Virus record (IMG/VR): IMGVR_UViG_3300046779_000463
Span: 1-46,147 of that record
Strand: one strand, 5' to 3'
Source: a virus
Taxonomy: Duplodnaviria > Caudoviricetes
DNA: 46,147 nt
The notes below the pieces were generated by a model, which worked only from the letters and a program-made list of their open reading frames with translations, was not told the origin of the DNA and did not search any database. The translations under genes were made by a program, and so were the position numbers. Numbering within the stretch: the first letter of the stretch is position 1; every line of letters begins with the position of its first letter. This document shows, piece after piece, positions 34,506 through 44,263 of this stretch.

Positions 34506-37175
34506 ATGAGTTACGTTGACGCTCTCTTCGACAGAGAGAATGACATTATTAAAGTCGTTGAAAGAAACGACAAAGGCGAAAGGGTTTATAAAGAACACCC
34601 TGTACGCTATACATTTTACTATCCAGACGCTAGAGGTAAATTTACTTCTATCTACGGCGAACCACTAACACGGGTAGTATGTAAAAACAACAAAGACTTC
34701 CGTAAAGAACTTGCTATTAACAACGGCAAAGAATTATACGAAAGCGACATCAATCCAATTTTCGTTCATTTAAGCGAAAACTATCTTAATCAAGATGCAC
34801 CTAAGTTAAACATTTGCTTCTTCGACATTGAGGTGGACTTTGATCCAGAACGCGGTTATTCAACACCTGAAGATGCGTTTATGCCAATTACTGCGATTAC
34901 AGTTCACCTAAAATGGATTGACAAACTTATCACACTAGCACTACCTCCAAAAAGTGTCGGCATGGATAAGGCAAAAGAATTAATCAAAGATGTTCCAGAT
35001 ACACATTTGTTTGACAACGAAGCAGACATGTTAGAAACATTTCTTGATTTAATTCAAGACGCAGACATTTTAACAGGATGGAACAGTGAAGGCTATGATA
35101 TCCCATATACTGTTAACCGTGTTACACAAGTATTGAGTAAAGAAGACACACGTAGGTTCTGCTTGTGGAATCAATTTCCAAAGAAACGTGAATACGAAAA
35201 GTATGGCAAGACTGCACAAACATATGATCTAATTGGTCGTGTACACTTAGACAGTCTTGAACTATATCGTAAGTTTACTTATGAAGAACGTCATACATAT
35301 CGTCTAGACGCTATTGGCGAAATGGAAATCGGCGAAAACAAAACTGTCTACGAAGGCACTTTGGATCAGTTATACAACAATGACTTTAAAAAGTTTATCG
35401 AATATAACAGACAAGACGTTGCACTATTAAACAAGTTAGATGAGAAGTTAAAGTTTATCGACCTTGCTAATAAGATTGCACACGAAAACACAGTATTGTT
35501 ACAAACAACTATGGGTGCTGTGGCTGTTACTGAACAGGCTATTATCAACGAAGCACATCGTAGAGGTTTTCAAGTTCCTAATCGTCCTAAGAGAGATGAC
35601 GACGAAAGTACTGCGGCCGCAGGTGCGTATGTTGCTTATCCTAAAGAAGGACTACAAGATTGGATCGGTTCACTAGATATTAACTCACTTTACCCAAGTG
35701 CCATTCGTGCATTAAACATGGGTCCAGAGACTATTATTGGTCAATTACGTCCTACATATACTGACTCGATGATTCACGAACAAATGACTATTAAGAAAAA
35801 GTCGTTTGCGGCTTCGTGGGAAGGTAAGTTTGGTACTGAGGAATATGAAGCAGTAATGGCACAACGTCGAGATACAGAAATTACTATCGACTGGGAAGAT
35901 GGTAACGAAACTGTACATAGTGCGGCAGAAGTATATAAAATTATCTTCGATAGCCATCAGCCTTGGATGTTAAGTGCTAACGGTACAATCTTTACATACG
36001 AAAAAGAAGGTATCATTCCTGGACTGTTAAAGCGTTGGTACGCTGAACGTAAAGAGATGCAGGCCAAACTAAAAGAGTGTATTCAAGCAGGTAATAAAGT
36101 TGAAGAAGAATACTGGGACAAGCGTCAGTTAGTTAAGAAGATTAACTTGAACAGTTTGTATGGTGCTATTCTTAATCCAGGCTGTCGTTTCTTCGATAAG
36201 CGCATTGGTCAATCTACTACGCTCGTCGGACGTCAAATTGCCAAGCATATGGCTAGTAAGGTTAACGAGATTATCACAGGCGAATACAATCACGTAGGTA
36301 AAGCAGTTATCTATGGCGACACTGACTCTTGTTATTTCTCTGCATACACTACACTTAGAAAAGATATCGAAGCAGGCAACATTCCTTGGACTAAAGAAAA
36401 CGTAACTGCACTATATGATCAAATTGGCGACGAAGTAAACGGCACATTTGTTAAGTTTATGGAGCAAGCATTTCACTGCCCTCCAAGTCGAGGAGATGTT
36501 ATTAAAGCAGGTCGCGAAATTGTTGGATCTAAAGGATTGTTTATTACTAAGAAGCGTTATGCTGTATTAGTGTATGACAAAGAAGGCAAGCGTAAAGATA
36601 CTGACGGCAAGCCTGGAGAAATTAAGGCCATGGGTCTTGACCTTAAGCGTTCGGATACTCCTGCGTTTATTCAAGACTTCTTAAGCGATGTATTAAAGAA
36701 AGTACTAACTGGTGCAACTGAAGAAGAAGTACTAGACTTTATTACTACGTTTAGAACTGAATTTAAATCTCGCCCAGGTTGGGAGAAAGGGTCGCCTAAA
36801 CGTGCTAACAACATTACCGAGTATCAGGCTAAAGAAGCCAAGCAAGGTAAGGCAAATATGCCAGGACACGTTCGTGCTAGTATTAACTGGAATACACTAC
36901 GCAGAATGAACGGCGACAAGTATTCAATGCAGATTACAGACGGTGCTAAAGTTATTGTTTGTAAATTAAAAGCCAATCCATTGGGCTATACTAGCGTTGC
37001 ATATCCTGTTGACGAACTTCGTTTACCTAAATGGTTCATGGAACTTCCATTCGATGATGCAGAAATGGAACAAACTATTATCGATAACAAATTGGACAAC
37101 CTAATTGGTGTCCTAAACTGGGACATTAAAAGTACTGAAGAAAAGAATACTTTTAATAAACTATTTGAGTTTTAA
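34506..37175 (+). CDS. Family B DNA polymerase (gp43-like) with 3'-5' exonuclease
   Basis: Exo motifs DIE, WN...YD, YN.QD; polymerase motifs DINSLYPS, K..LNSLYG, YGDTDS, KKRY. Confidence 0.95.
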   Translation: MSYVDALFDRENDIIKVVERNDKGERVYKEHPVRYTFYYPDARGKFTSIYGEPLTRVVCKNNKDFRKELAINNGKELYESDINPIFVHLSENYLNQDAPKLNICFFDIEVDFDPERGYSTPEDAFMPITAITVHLKWIDKLITLALPPKSVGMDKAKELIKDVPDTHLFDNEADMLETFLDLIQDADILTGWNSEGYDIPYTVNRVTQVLSKEDTRRFCLWNQFPKKREYEKYGKTAQTYDLIGRVHLDSLELYRKFTYEERHTYRLDAIGEMEIGENKTVYEGTLDQLYNNDFKKFIEYNRQDVALLNKLDEKLKFIDLANKIAHENTVLLQTTMGAVAVTEQAIINEAHRRGFQVPNRPKRDDDESTAAAGAYVAYPKEGLQDWIGSLDINSLYPSAIRALNMGPETIIGQLRPTYTDSMIHEQMTIKKKSFAASWEGKFGTEEYEAVMAQRRDTEITIDWEDGNETVHSAAEVYKIIFDSHQPWMLSANGTIFTYEKEGIIPGLLKRWYAERKEMQAKLKECIQAGNKVEEEYWDKRQLVKKINLNSLYGAILNPGCRFFDKRIGQSTTLVGRQIAKHMASKVNEIITGEYNHVGKAVIYGDTDSCYFSAYTTLRKDIEAGNIPWTKENVTALYDQIGDEVNGTFVKFMEQAFHCPPSRGDVIKAGREIVGSKGLFITKKRYAVLVYDKEGKRKDTDGKPGEIKAMGLDLKRSDTPAFIQDFLSDVLKKVLTGATEEEVLDFITTFRTEFKSRPGWEKGSPKRANNITEYQAKEAKQGKANMPGHVRASINWNTLRRMNGDKYSMQITDGAKVIVCKLKANPLGYTSVAYPVDELRLPKWFMELPFDDAEMEQTIIDNKLDNLIGVLNWDIKSTEEKNTFNKLFEF

Positions 37176-37179
37176 CAGG

Positions 37180-37208
37180 TTGACTTTGACCGAAAACCTA
37201 AATACAAT
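37180..37208 (+). promoter_or_regulatory. Sigma70 promoter TTGACT-N17-TACAAT with overlapping TAAATA
   Basis: -35 at 37180-85, -10 at 37203-08; TAAATA at 37199-37204. Confidence 0.6.
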
Positions 37209-37228
37209 CTATATTAAGGAGAATTATA

Positions 37229-37963
37229 ATGATTAAGGACATTTTAACAGACATCGTAGCACATACTCACAGCCTAGGCTTTTTACCATTGGTTAAGATT
37301 ACAGGTGCTAAAGATGCTACAACTATCGAATCAATGGCAGAGGATCGTTCTGTTATTGTCACTGCAACTGCACACAAGCCGGTTGACGAATTCGATGGCA
37401 CATTTGGTATGCCAAACTTAGACAAGTTGAATCTTCACTTGAAGAATCCAGAATACAAAGAGAACGCAAAGATTGAAGTTGTCAAAGCAGAGCGTAACGG
37501 AAACTTTATTCCTGTTAACCTGCACTTTGAAAACCAAGCAGGCGACTTTCAAAACGATTATCGCTTTATGGCATCTGAACTTATTAACGAAAAGTTAAAG
37601 TCAGTTAAGTTCAAAGGTGCAAGTTGGGAAGTAGAGTTCGAGCCAAGTGTTGCGGCTATTCAGCGTTTGAAGTTGCAAAGTGCGGCACACAGTGAAGAAA
37701 CTGTCTTCCAAGTTCGTACAGAAGATAACAACTTAGTATTCTTCTTTGGCGATGCAAGCACACACGCAGGTTCATTTGTTTTCCAACATGACGTTGGCGG
37801 AAAACTAAAGCACACATGGTCATGGCCTGTTGCGCAAGTTCAAAGTATTCTTAACTTAGATGGAAAGATTACTATGAAGATTGCAGACGCAGGTGCTATG
37901 CAAATTACAGTAGATAGCGGTGTTGCAGTTTATGACTACATCCTACCTGCACAAAGCAAGTAA
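37229..37963 (+). CDS. Probable sliding clamp (gp45/PCNA-like)
   Basis: 244 aa, two-domain alpha/beta pattern, adjacent to the polymerase; clamp loader in the window; polymerase ends in a clamp-binding-like 'FNKLFEF'. Confidence 0.55.
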   Translation: MIKDILTDIVAHTHSLGFLPLVKITGAKDATTIESMAEDRSVIVTATAHKPVDEFDGTFGMPNLDKLNLHLKNPEYKENAKIEVVKAERNGNFIPVNLHFENQAGDFQNDYRFMASELINEKLKSVKFKGASWEVEFEPSVAAIQRLKLQSAAHSEETVFQVRTEDNNLVFFFGDASTHAGSFVFQHDVGGKLKHTWSWPVAQVQSILNLDGKITMKIADAGAMQITVDSGVAVYDYILPAQSK

Positions 37964-38142
37964 TGGCAGAAACTCATAAACGAACACTAAGCAGGGCTAT
38001 AAGTTATAGAATTATAGCCCTGCTCATTACTGCACTATGGACTGGACTAAGTGCCGCCATAGCAATTCATCTTGTACTAACATTAGTTCATTACGTCCAT
38101 GAACGTGTGTGGTTAAAGATAAAGTGGGGTAAAATTGAATAA
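37963..38142 (+). CDS. DUF2061-like small membrane protein (59 aa), not in the track
   Basis: MAETHKRTLSRAISYR...HYVHERVWLKIKWG; TAATG coupling. Confidence 0.7.
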   Translation: MAETHKRTLSRAISYRIIALLITALWTGLSAAIAIHLVLTLVHYVHERVWLKIKWGKIE

Positions 38143-39694
38143 AAATTTAACAGCAACACAAAACGACTACGCATACTTTTTGCCTGCAACTAGTGGTTTC
38201 TATTCTACGTTCATCGGAAAACAAAGATATGGAAACTATGTTGACCCGGCAAGAGTTCCTGCTAGTTTTAAAAACGGAGTCGAAAGTTTAAATTACTTGG
38301 AGCCTGAGAAAGGTGCTTTTTACTACGACCATTGTTTGTATTCCGCAGGTCATGCAAACTTAGACTTAAACAAAGTTGATCACAGCGAAGATATGTTTCG
38401 CAATCGCGATAGAAGTACAAGTTGGGTACTAGGAGACTCTGGTGGTTTCCAAATTGGTAAAGGTGTGTGGGAAGGCGATTGGAAAAATCCTAACTGTCCT
38501 AAAGCACAAAAAAAGCGAGAACAAGTTCTTAAGTGGATGGATGCACTTATGGACTATGGTATGTGTTTAGATATTCCTGCGTGGGTTGCTCGTAGTCCTG
38601 CTGGTCAAAAAGCCACAGGCATTACAACATACGCAGAAGCAGTCCAAGGTACTTACATTAACAACGACTGGTTTGTTAATAATCGCAATGGTAACTGTAA
38701 GTTCTTAAATGTTCTTCAAGGCGAGAATCATACTGACGCAGACGACTGGTATGATAGAATGAAGAAGTATTGCGACCCCAAAGTATATGGCGACCGCGCT
38801 TTTAATGGCTGGGCTATGGGTGGACAAAATATGTGCGATGTACACTTGGTCTTAAAGCGACTAGTAGCACTAAGGTTTGATGGCTTACTAGAAAAAGGTC
38901 AACAGGATTGGATGCACTTCTTAGGAACTAGTAAGTTAGAATGGGCTGTGTTATTAACAGACATTCAACGTGCTGTTCGTAAATACCACAACGAAAACTT
39001 TACTATTAGTTTTGACTGTGCAAGTCCGTTCTTAGCAACTGCTAACGGACAAGTATATGTTCAAACAGAAACAGAAGACAGAACAAAGTGGGTTTATAGA
39101 ATGTTACCTAGTATCGACAATAAAAAATACAGTCAAGATACTAGACTATTCCGTGATGCAGTTATGCAAGACGGACACTTTAAAAACTTTGAGAACAGTC
39201 CTATTATCGATGGTGTTCAAATCAAAGACGTATGCATTTACGGTCCAGGGGATTTGAATAAGATTGGCAAGGAAGGTAAGACGTCGTGGGATAGTTTTAG
39301 TTATGCTATTCTAATGGGTCATAATGTTTGGATGCACATCAACGCTGTTCAAGAAGCCAATCGTCAATACGACGCAGGCAAGTGTCCAAATATGTTAGTT
39401 GAAGAAAAGTTTGAAAGACTCTTTTTCAAAGATGTAGTTGAAGCCATTTTTGCTACATCTAGCAGAGCAGTAGCAGAAGGTATCGTTGAAGAATTTAGCA
39501 GATTTTGGCAAACAATTATTGGTACTAGAGGTGCTGTTGGCAAGAAAACGGTTAATGCAAGTACCCAATTTGCCAAATTATTTGAAGAAACGGTTGACGA
39601 ACCAGAAGAAGAGAGTGTACAATTAGGACATAGTGAAGAATTCACTGAAGACGAAATTGCTAACCTCGATAAACTGGAAGAAGGCTTAAAATGA
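38135..39694 (+). CDS. TGT/DpdA-like guanine transglycosylase
   Basis: Ordered motifs DSGGFQ, M.LD.P, VLQG, H.LG, SFD.AS, HN as in the tRNA-guanine transglycosylase fold; no CxCxxC. Confidence 0.7.
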   Translation: MNKNLTATQNDYAYFLPATSGFYSTFIGKQRYGNYVDPARVPASFKNGVESLNYLEPEKGAFYYDHCLYSAGHANLDLNKVDHSEDMFRNRDRSTSWVLGDSGGFQIGKGVWEGDWKNPNCPKAQKKREQVLKWMDALMDYGMCLDIPAWVARSPAGQKATGITTYAEAVQGTYINNDWFVNNRNGNCKFLNVLQGENHTDADDWYDRMKKYCDPKVYGDRAFNGWAMGGQNMCDVHLVLKRLVALRFDGLLEKGQQDWMHFLGTSKLEWAVLLTDIQRAVRKYHNENFTISFDCASPFLATANGQVYVQTETEDRTKWVYRMLPSIDNKKYSQDTRLFRDAVMQDGHFKNFENSPIIDGVQIKDVCIYGPGDLNKIGKEGKTSWDSFSYAILMGHNVWMHINAVQEANRQYDAGKCPNMLVEEKFERLFFKDVVEAIFATSSRAVAEGIVEEFSRFWQTIIGTRGAVGKKTVNASTQFAKLFEETVDEPEEESVQLGHSEEFTEDEIANLDKLEEGLK

Positions 39695-39951
39695 AAAAAC
39701 TGCTAGGCATTGGTGTTTTGGCTGTATTAGTAGGTGTAGTATATCAAAGTAATGCTAAAGAATCTATTGGCGTTAATGACTATTACGTAGTTCTAAAAGT
39801 ACCAGCAACTGGCAACACCATTGCCTTGTCTGACAAATATAATGGTTACGACCAATGTACAAATTCCGACGAGTACATTGTTAATAACGCTCTTTCTAAA
39901 CAAGCAGGCACAACTATTCGTTGTGTAAACGAATTACCAACATATAAATGA
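39691..39951 (+). CDS. Small exported protein with two Cys
   Basis: N-terminal signal/anchor MKKLLGIGVLAVLVGVVY. Confidence 0.6.
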   Translation: MKKLLGIGVLAVLVGVVYQSNAKESIGVNDYYVVLKVPATGNTIALSDKYNGYDQCTNSDEYIVNNALSKQAGTTIRCVNELPTYK

Positions 39952-40826
39952 AAAGTTTGATTGTAGGTATGGGTATAGGACAGTTATATAAATCTGTCCT
40001 AACTACCCTTGGTCACGAAATAGTTACTGTAGATACCAATCCTGCCGCAGGTGCAGACTTTACAGATTTAAATGAAGCAATAAGAAAACATAGTTTCTTT
40101 CATACTGCTCATATTTGTACTCCAAATTATACACACTTGCCGTTGGCTGAAAAAATTGCATCGTACTCTAACCTCGTCTTTATAGAGAAGCCCGGTTTCT
40201 CCACTAGTAACGAATGGAATGACTTTATTAAAAAGCGACCATTTACTAGAGTTATGATGGTTAAAAATAACATGTGGCGAAATAATATTGCAGAACTAGC
40301 AGATTCTGCTAGTAAAGCAAAGAACGTTGATATCGAATGGATTAGACGTAACTGCATTCCTAGTCCAGGTAGTTGGTTTACTACTAGAGACCTAGCATTT
40401 GGTGGAGTTAGTCGTGATCTAATGCCGCATTTACTAAGCCTGTATATTGCTATGAATCCTAACTGGCGTACAGAAAAGTTAAATGGACAAGCATCTTTAC
40501 AGAATTGGTTATTAGAAGATATCGACAGTACAGAATACGGTACAGTTTACCCCAACGGTACTCACGATGTAGACGACCAATGTTATATCGGCTTTGGTAG
40601 TAAGTGGACTTGTCGAGCTAATTGGCGAAGTTTAAATGACGAACGTAGTGCTATAACATTTACACATCAAGATAACAGTAAAGAAGTGTTCGAATTAGGC
40701 TGGTGTCCGGAAGAAGCATACCTAAATATGATCAAGGATGCTATTACAAACCTAAATAACACAAAGTACTGGGAAAATCAAGCGGAAATTGATTTATGGA
40801 TTCACGAAAGAATTGAAAACTTATGA
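39948..40826 (+). CDS. Gfo/Idh/MocA-family NAD(P)-dependent oxidoreductase
   Basis: 'IVGMGIG', 'ICTPN.TH', 'IEKP', 'GG...DL.PH'. Confidence 0.85.
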   Translation: MKSLIVGMGIGQLYKSVLTTLGHEIVTVDTNPAAGADFTDLNEAIRKHSFFHTAHICTPNYTHLPLAEKIASYSNLVFIEKPGFSTSNEWNDFIKKRPFTRVMMVKNNMWRNNIAELADSASKAKNVDIEWIRRNCIPSPGSWFTTRDLAFGGVSRDLMPHLLSLYIAMNPNWRTEKLNGQASLQNWLLEDIDSTEYGTVYPNGTHDVDDQCYIGFGSKWTCRANWRSLNDERSAITFTHQDNSKEVFELGWCPEEAYLNMIKDAITNLNNTKYWENQAEIDLWIHERIENL

Positions 40827-41719
40827 TAGTGAAATGTTTACAAACTAACGGTCAAGGCCATTTTGAAGAAGTAGACTTTGATAAGCCTGAACCAACATCG
40901 GACCAAATTGAAGTCAAAGCAATCATGACAGGTGTTTGTCGTAGCGACATCGACATGATGCAAGGCAATTTTGGTCCCTTACCGTTAGAAATGCAAGGAC
41001 ACGAAGGATTAGGTGTTGTTACTAAAGTAGGCGCAGATGTTTACGATGTTAAAGTCGGAGACTTTGTTGCTACACGTGGAGAGCCTGCTTATGCAGACTT
41101 TTATAACGTAAGAGATAGAGAATTTGTTGTAGTTCCAGAAGCATCTCCTAAATATATTCTAGAACCTGTTGCTTGCGGTATTAATATTGTTCAACAAGCA
41201 GTTACAGATATCTATAAGCGTAGCGGTCCTGGTAAACGACTGTTAATTCTAGGCTCTGGCTTTTTAGCGTGGGTTGCGTACAATACTATTCGGTTGAATA
41301 GACTCGACTTTGATATTACTGTTGTAGGTAATAGCAATAAAGATATTTGGGACGGCGAACTTAGTCTTACATCCAAAGGTAAGTTTGATGTAGTAATCGA
41401 TTTGAGTAGTAGAACCGATGTATTTGACGTAGACTACTTAAACAACGAAGCATTAATTATATTTGGATCGCAAAAGACAGTTACTACAGATTTTTCAAAT
41501 TTACTTTGGAAGGCTTGTACTATTGTATTTCCTAGTCCCAGAACTGAAAGGTTCTACGACTGTATGAAGGATGCCGCTATTTGGATTGAAAACGGTGAAC
41601 TAAAGGTTGATTATTTCTGGTCCAGGTCATATAATCGTACTACAGAATGGCAACAAGCATTTGCAGACGGTGTTAATCGTCCAGATGGCTACAGCAGAGG
41701 TTACATTAAATGGGATTAA
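40823..41719 (+). CDS. Medium-chain (Zn-type) dehydrogenase
   Basis: 'GVCRSD', 'GHEG.G.V..VG..V....VGD.V', 'EP.AC', 'ILGSGFL'. Confidence 0.85.
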   Translation: MIVKCLQTNGQGHFEEVDFDKPEPTSDQIEVKAIMTGVCRSDIDMMQGNFGPLPLEMQGHEGLGVVTKVGADVYDVKVGDFVATRGEPAYADFYNVRDREFVVVPEASPKYILEPVACGINIVQQAVTDIYKRSGPGKRLLILGSGFLAWVAYNTIRLNRLDFDITVVGNSNKDIWDGELSLTSKGKFDVVIDLSSRTDVFDVDYLNNEALIIFGSQKTVTTDFSNLLWKACTIVFPSPRTERFYDCMKDAAIWIENGELKVDYFWSRSYNRTTEWQQAFADGVNRPDGYSRGYIKWD

Positions 41720-42225
41720 ACACTGAAGAACGTCAAGATATAGTTTACTTTACTGGCTACGAAGTAGAGCATACTATTTGTTATGGCATGAAAACTTTGT
41801 TTGTTGTTGGTACGCCTCCGTTAGAAGACATTATCTATAAAGCACGTCAGCATGATGTAAAACATGTTTACTTTGGCACTAGTCAAAGTTTTAATCCTAA
41901 ATCTATTTCAAACGAAGAATACAAAGCGTGGGACGACATTATTATTGGCTGTTTAAAAGCAGACTACTGGGTTTCATTAGACTTTGGTGTTGAACACATC
42001 GAAGGTGTATTGGAATCTGGTTATAATGAATATCCTAGGTTTGTACCAATGATTAGTGTTAAACTACCATACATTAATCAACTTAACTATAACGCTACAC
42101 TTAAACTGGATGACCGAACTTGGGGTGCTACAAATCCAGGCGTGTGGACACATCACTTACAGAGCCTAATGACTAAAGACAAGTACACTCATTGGGATCA
42201 GTACACTCAAGATACACCAACATGA
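41710..42225 (+). CDS. Hypothetical protein within the modification cluster
   Basis: 171 aa; overlaps both neighbours. Confidence 0.65.
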   Translation: MGLNTEERQDIVYFTGYEVEHTICYGMKTLFVVGTPPLEDIIYKARQHDVKHVYFGTSQSFNPKSISNEEYKAWDDIIIGCLKADYWVSLDFGVEHIEGVLESGYNEYPRFVPMISVKLPYINQLNYNATLKLDDRTWGATNPGVWTHHLQSLMTKDKYTHWDQYTQDTPT

Positions 42226-42611
42226 ATATCAGACAAGACGTTCGTCCTAATAAAATGATTTGGGTTACCTTTCGTAAAGAAGGCACTCACAAATATCCTG
42301 CGGCATTAACTGACCCTGCATTAGCAACAGGTGACGAATATGACGTTAGTTTTTTAGGTTATCCGCATAGACACATCTTCCATTTTAAAGTTTGGATTAG
42401 TGTTACGCACGATGATCGAGATATCGAATTTATTCAGTTTAAACGCTGGTTGGAAAACCTTTACAAAGAAGGTACACTACAACTAGACTATAAGAGTTGC
42501 GAGATGATGTCAGGCGATTTATATGACGCTATCTCCAATAAGTATCCAGGCCGTGAGGTTTGGATTGAGGTCTCCGAAGACGGAGAAAATGGTTCATTCA
42601 TCAAATATTAA
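42222..42611 (+). CDS. QueD/6-pyruvoyl-tetrahydropterin-synthase-like T-fold protein
   Basis: 'EGTH', 'HRH.FHF.V.I', 'IEF..FK', 'SCE', 'V.VSED' align with the QueD layout; start at ATG 42222. Confidence 0.6.
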   Translation: MNIRQDVRPNKMIWVTFRKEGTHKYPAALTDPALATGDEYDVSFLGYPHRHIFHFKVWISVTHDDRDIEFIQFKRWLENLYKEGTLQLDYKSCEMMSGDLYDAISNKYPGREVWIEVSEDGENGSFIKY

Positions 42612-42622
42612 AGGAAATAAAG

Positions 42623-42832
42623 ATGAAAAAAGAAGTCGTTCAGATTTTCGACGATCTAGACGCCCTGCTTGATTTCTGCAGGTTTGAACTCCTGCCGTAT
42701 AATCCGGCAGATTTGTACAACCGCCAAAGTAAGGTTTGGCGTGACTACGAAGCCAGTAAGCGGCCTCGTAAGTTTGAACGCAGGGAATGGAAACCCCGCG
42801 GTCAAGGTCACTACAGGAACGGTCGTCAATGA
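42623..42832 (+). CDS. Small protein with Arg-rich C-terminus
   Basis: AAGGA RBS; ATGA overlap with the next gene. Confidence 0.6.
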   Translation: MKKEVVQIFDDLDALLDFCRFELLPYNPADLYNRQSKVWRDYEASKRPRKFERREWKPRGQGHYRNGRQ

Positions 42833-43902
42833 CTGTCTACTTGATAGACTTGGAGCCGGTAGAAACTCGCTATACAGCGCAGTGGAAAACCCACCTACCG
42901 GCTATTCTAAAAAAGAGAGGACACGATGTTCAAGTTATTGCTGGCCCTACGGATATTCCTAGTGCAACCACTCCTGGCGCTTTTCTTAATTTTGGTGGCA
43001 CCAATATATATAAGTCTAGCCAAGTTGAGCAACTGGGCCGTTTATTTTGTAACGGAGCCATTCATCCCGGCGATCACTTTATCTTTACTGATGCTTGGCA
43101 CCCTGGTATCATAAACTTAAAGTACATGAGTGAACTATTAGGTATTCCTGTAGTCACACACGGACTTTGGCATGCTGGTAGTTATGATCCGCAAGACTTT
43201 TTAGGCAGACTTATCGGAGATGCTCCTTGGGTAAGACTTGCTGAAGAAAGTTTTTATAACGCATATGATCATAATCATTTTGCTACAGACTTTCATATTG
43301 AATTGTTTGCTAAAACATTTAGCGACGGAAACCCTTATTGGGCAGACTATCAAAAAAATAAAGGGAAGATTGTACGCACTGGCTGGCCGATGGAATATAT
43401 GGATTCTACCTTAAGCATGTATAAAAACATGCCTAAGAGAGATTTAATTTTATTCCCGCATCGTATTGCTCCCGAAAAACAAGTTGAAATCTTTAGAGAC
43501 TTAAAAGAACATTTGCCGCAATATGAGTTTGTTGTTTGCCAAGATCAACAACTAACAAAGAACGAATATCATAATTTGTTAGGCGAAGCAAAGTTAGTGT
43601 TTAGTGCTAACTTACAGGAAACGCTAGGCATTAGTTGGTACGAAGGTGCCATTGTAGATGCCATTCCTATGGTGCCTAATCGTTTAAGTTATAAAGAAAT
43701 GGCATTTGATCAGTTCAAGTACCCTAGCGAATGGACAGAAAATTTCGAAGCATATACACAGAATCGAAAACATGTTATTGATAAAATCATTAGTTACATG
43801 GATTTTTACGAAGGATTCTTACCTGTGCTAAGAAAACAAACCCAAGCACTAACTGATCAATATTTTTCAGCAGGCGGATTGTATGGACGACTCGGATCTT
43901 AG
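42829..43902 (+). CDS. GT-B fold glycosyltransferase (GT4-like)
   Basis: 'HRIAPEKQ' and 'S..LQETLGISWYEG...A.P.VP' C-terminal signature; start at ATG 42829. Confidence 0.7.
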   Translation: MTVYLIDLEPVETRYTAQWKTHLPAILKKRGHDVQVIAGPTDIPSATTPGAFLNFGGTNIYKSSQVEQLGRLFCNGAIHPGDHFIFTDAWHPGIINLKYMSELLGIPVVTHGLWHAGSYDPQDFLGRLIGDAPWVRLAEESFYNAYDHNHFATDFHIELFAKTFSDGNPYWADYQKNKGKIVRTGWPMEYMDSTLSMYKNMPKRDLILFPHRIAPEKQVEIFRDLKEHLPQYEFVVCQDQQLTKNEYHNLLGEAKLVFSANLQETLGISWYEGAIVDAIPMVPNRLSYKEMAFDQFKYPSEWTENFEAYTQNRKHVIDKIISYMDFYEGFLPVLRKQTQALTDQYFSAGGLYGRLGS

Positions 43903-44263
43903 TAATATTTTAAACGATAACATTACAATATCGGGAGGTGTTGCGTCTTCGGGCACTTCTTATACTATTACTTTGGATCCAAGTCTGCTTACTTCTACTA
44001 CCAGTTCGGTTTATTTAGGAAACACTGGTGCAGTATCCGGTACTTATACTATCGGAACATCGTCCGACTCCATTAATATTTCTGATATTCTTAAAGGTTG
44101 GGACTCCACTCCGTTTGAAGACGGATTCCCAGATTGGAACGACTTTCAAAAAATGTGCGAAGAATATCCTGGCTTAAAAATAGCCTACGAGCACATGAAA
44201 GTTTTTTACAAACTATCAATCGACGATTGGAAATCAAAGAAAGAAGGTGAAGGCAATGTTTAA
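43883..44263 (+). CDS. Hypothetical protein with Ser/Thr-rich N-terminus
   Basis: C-terminal 'MCEEYPGLKIAYEH'. Confidence 0.6.
   Translation: MDDSDLSNILNDNITISGGVASSGTSYTITLDPSLLTSTTSSVYLGNTGAVSGTYTIGTSSDSINISDILKGWDSTPFEDGFPDWNDFQKMCEEYPGLKIAYEHMKVFYKLSIDDWKSKKEGEGNV

Noticed and set aside
34506-37175. Possible intein or intron in PolB (long segment between motifs A and B)
   Set aside because: The ORF is continuous, with no Cys/Ser...His-Asn splice junctions or LAGLIDADG motifs.
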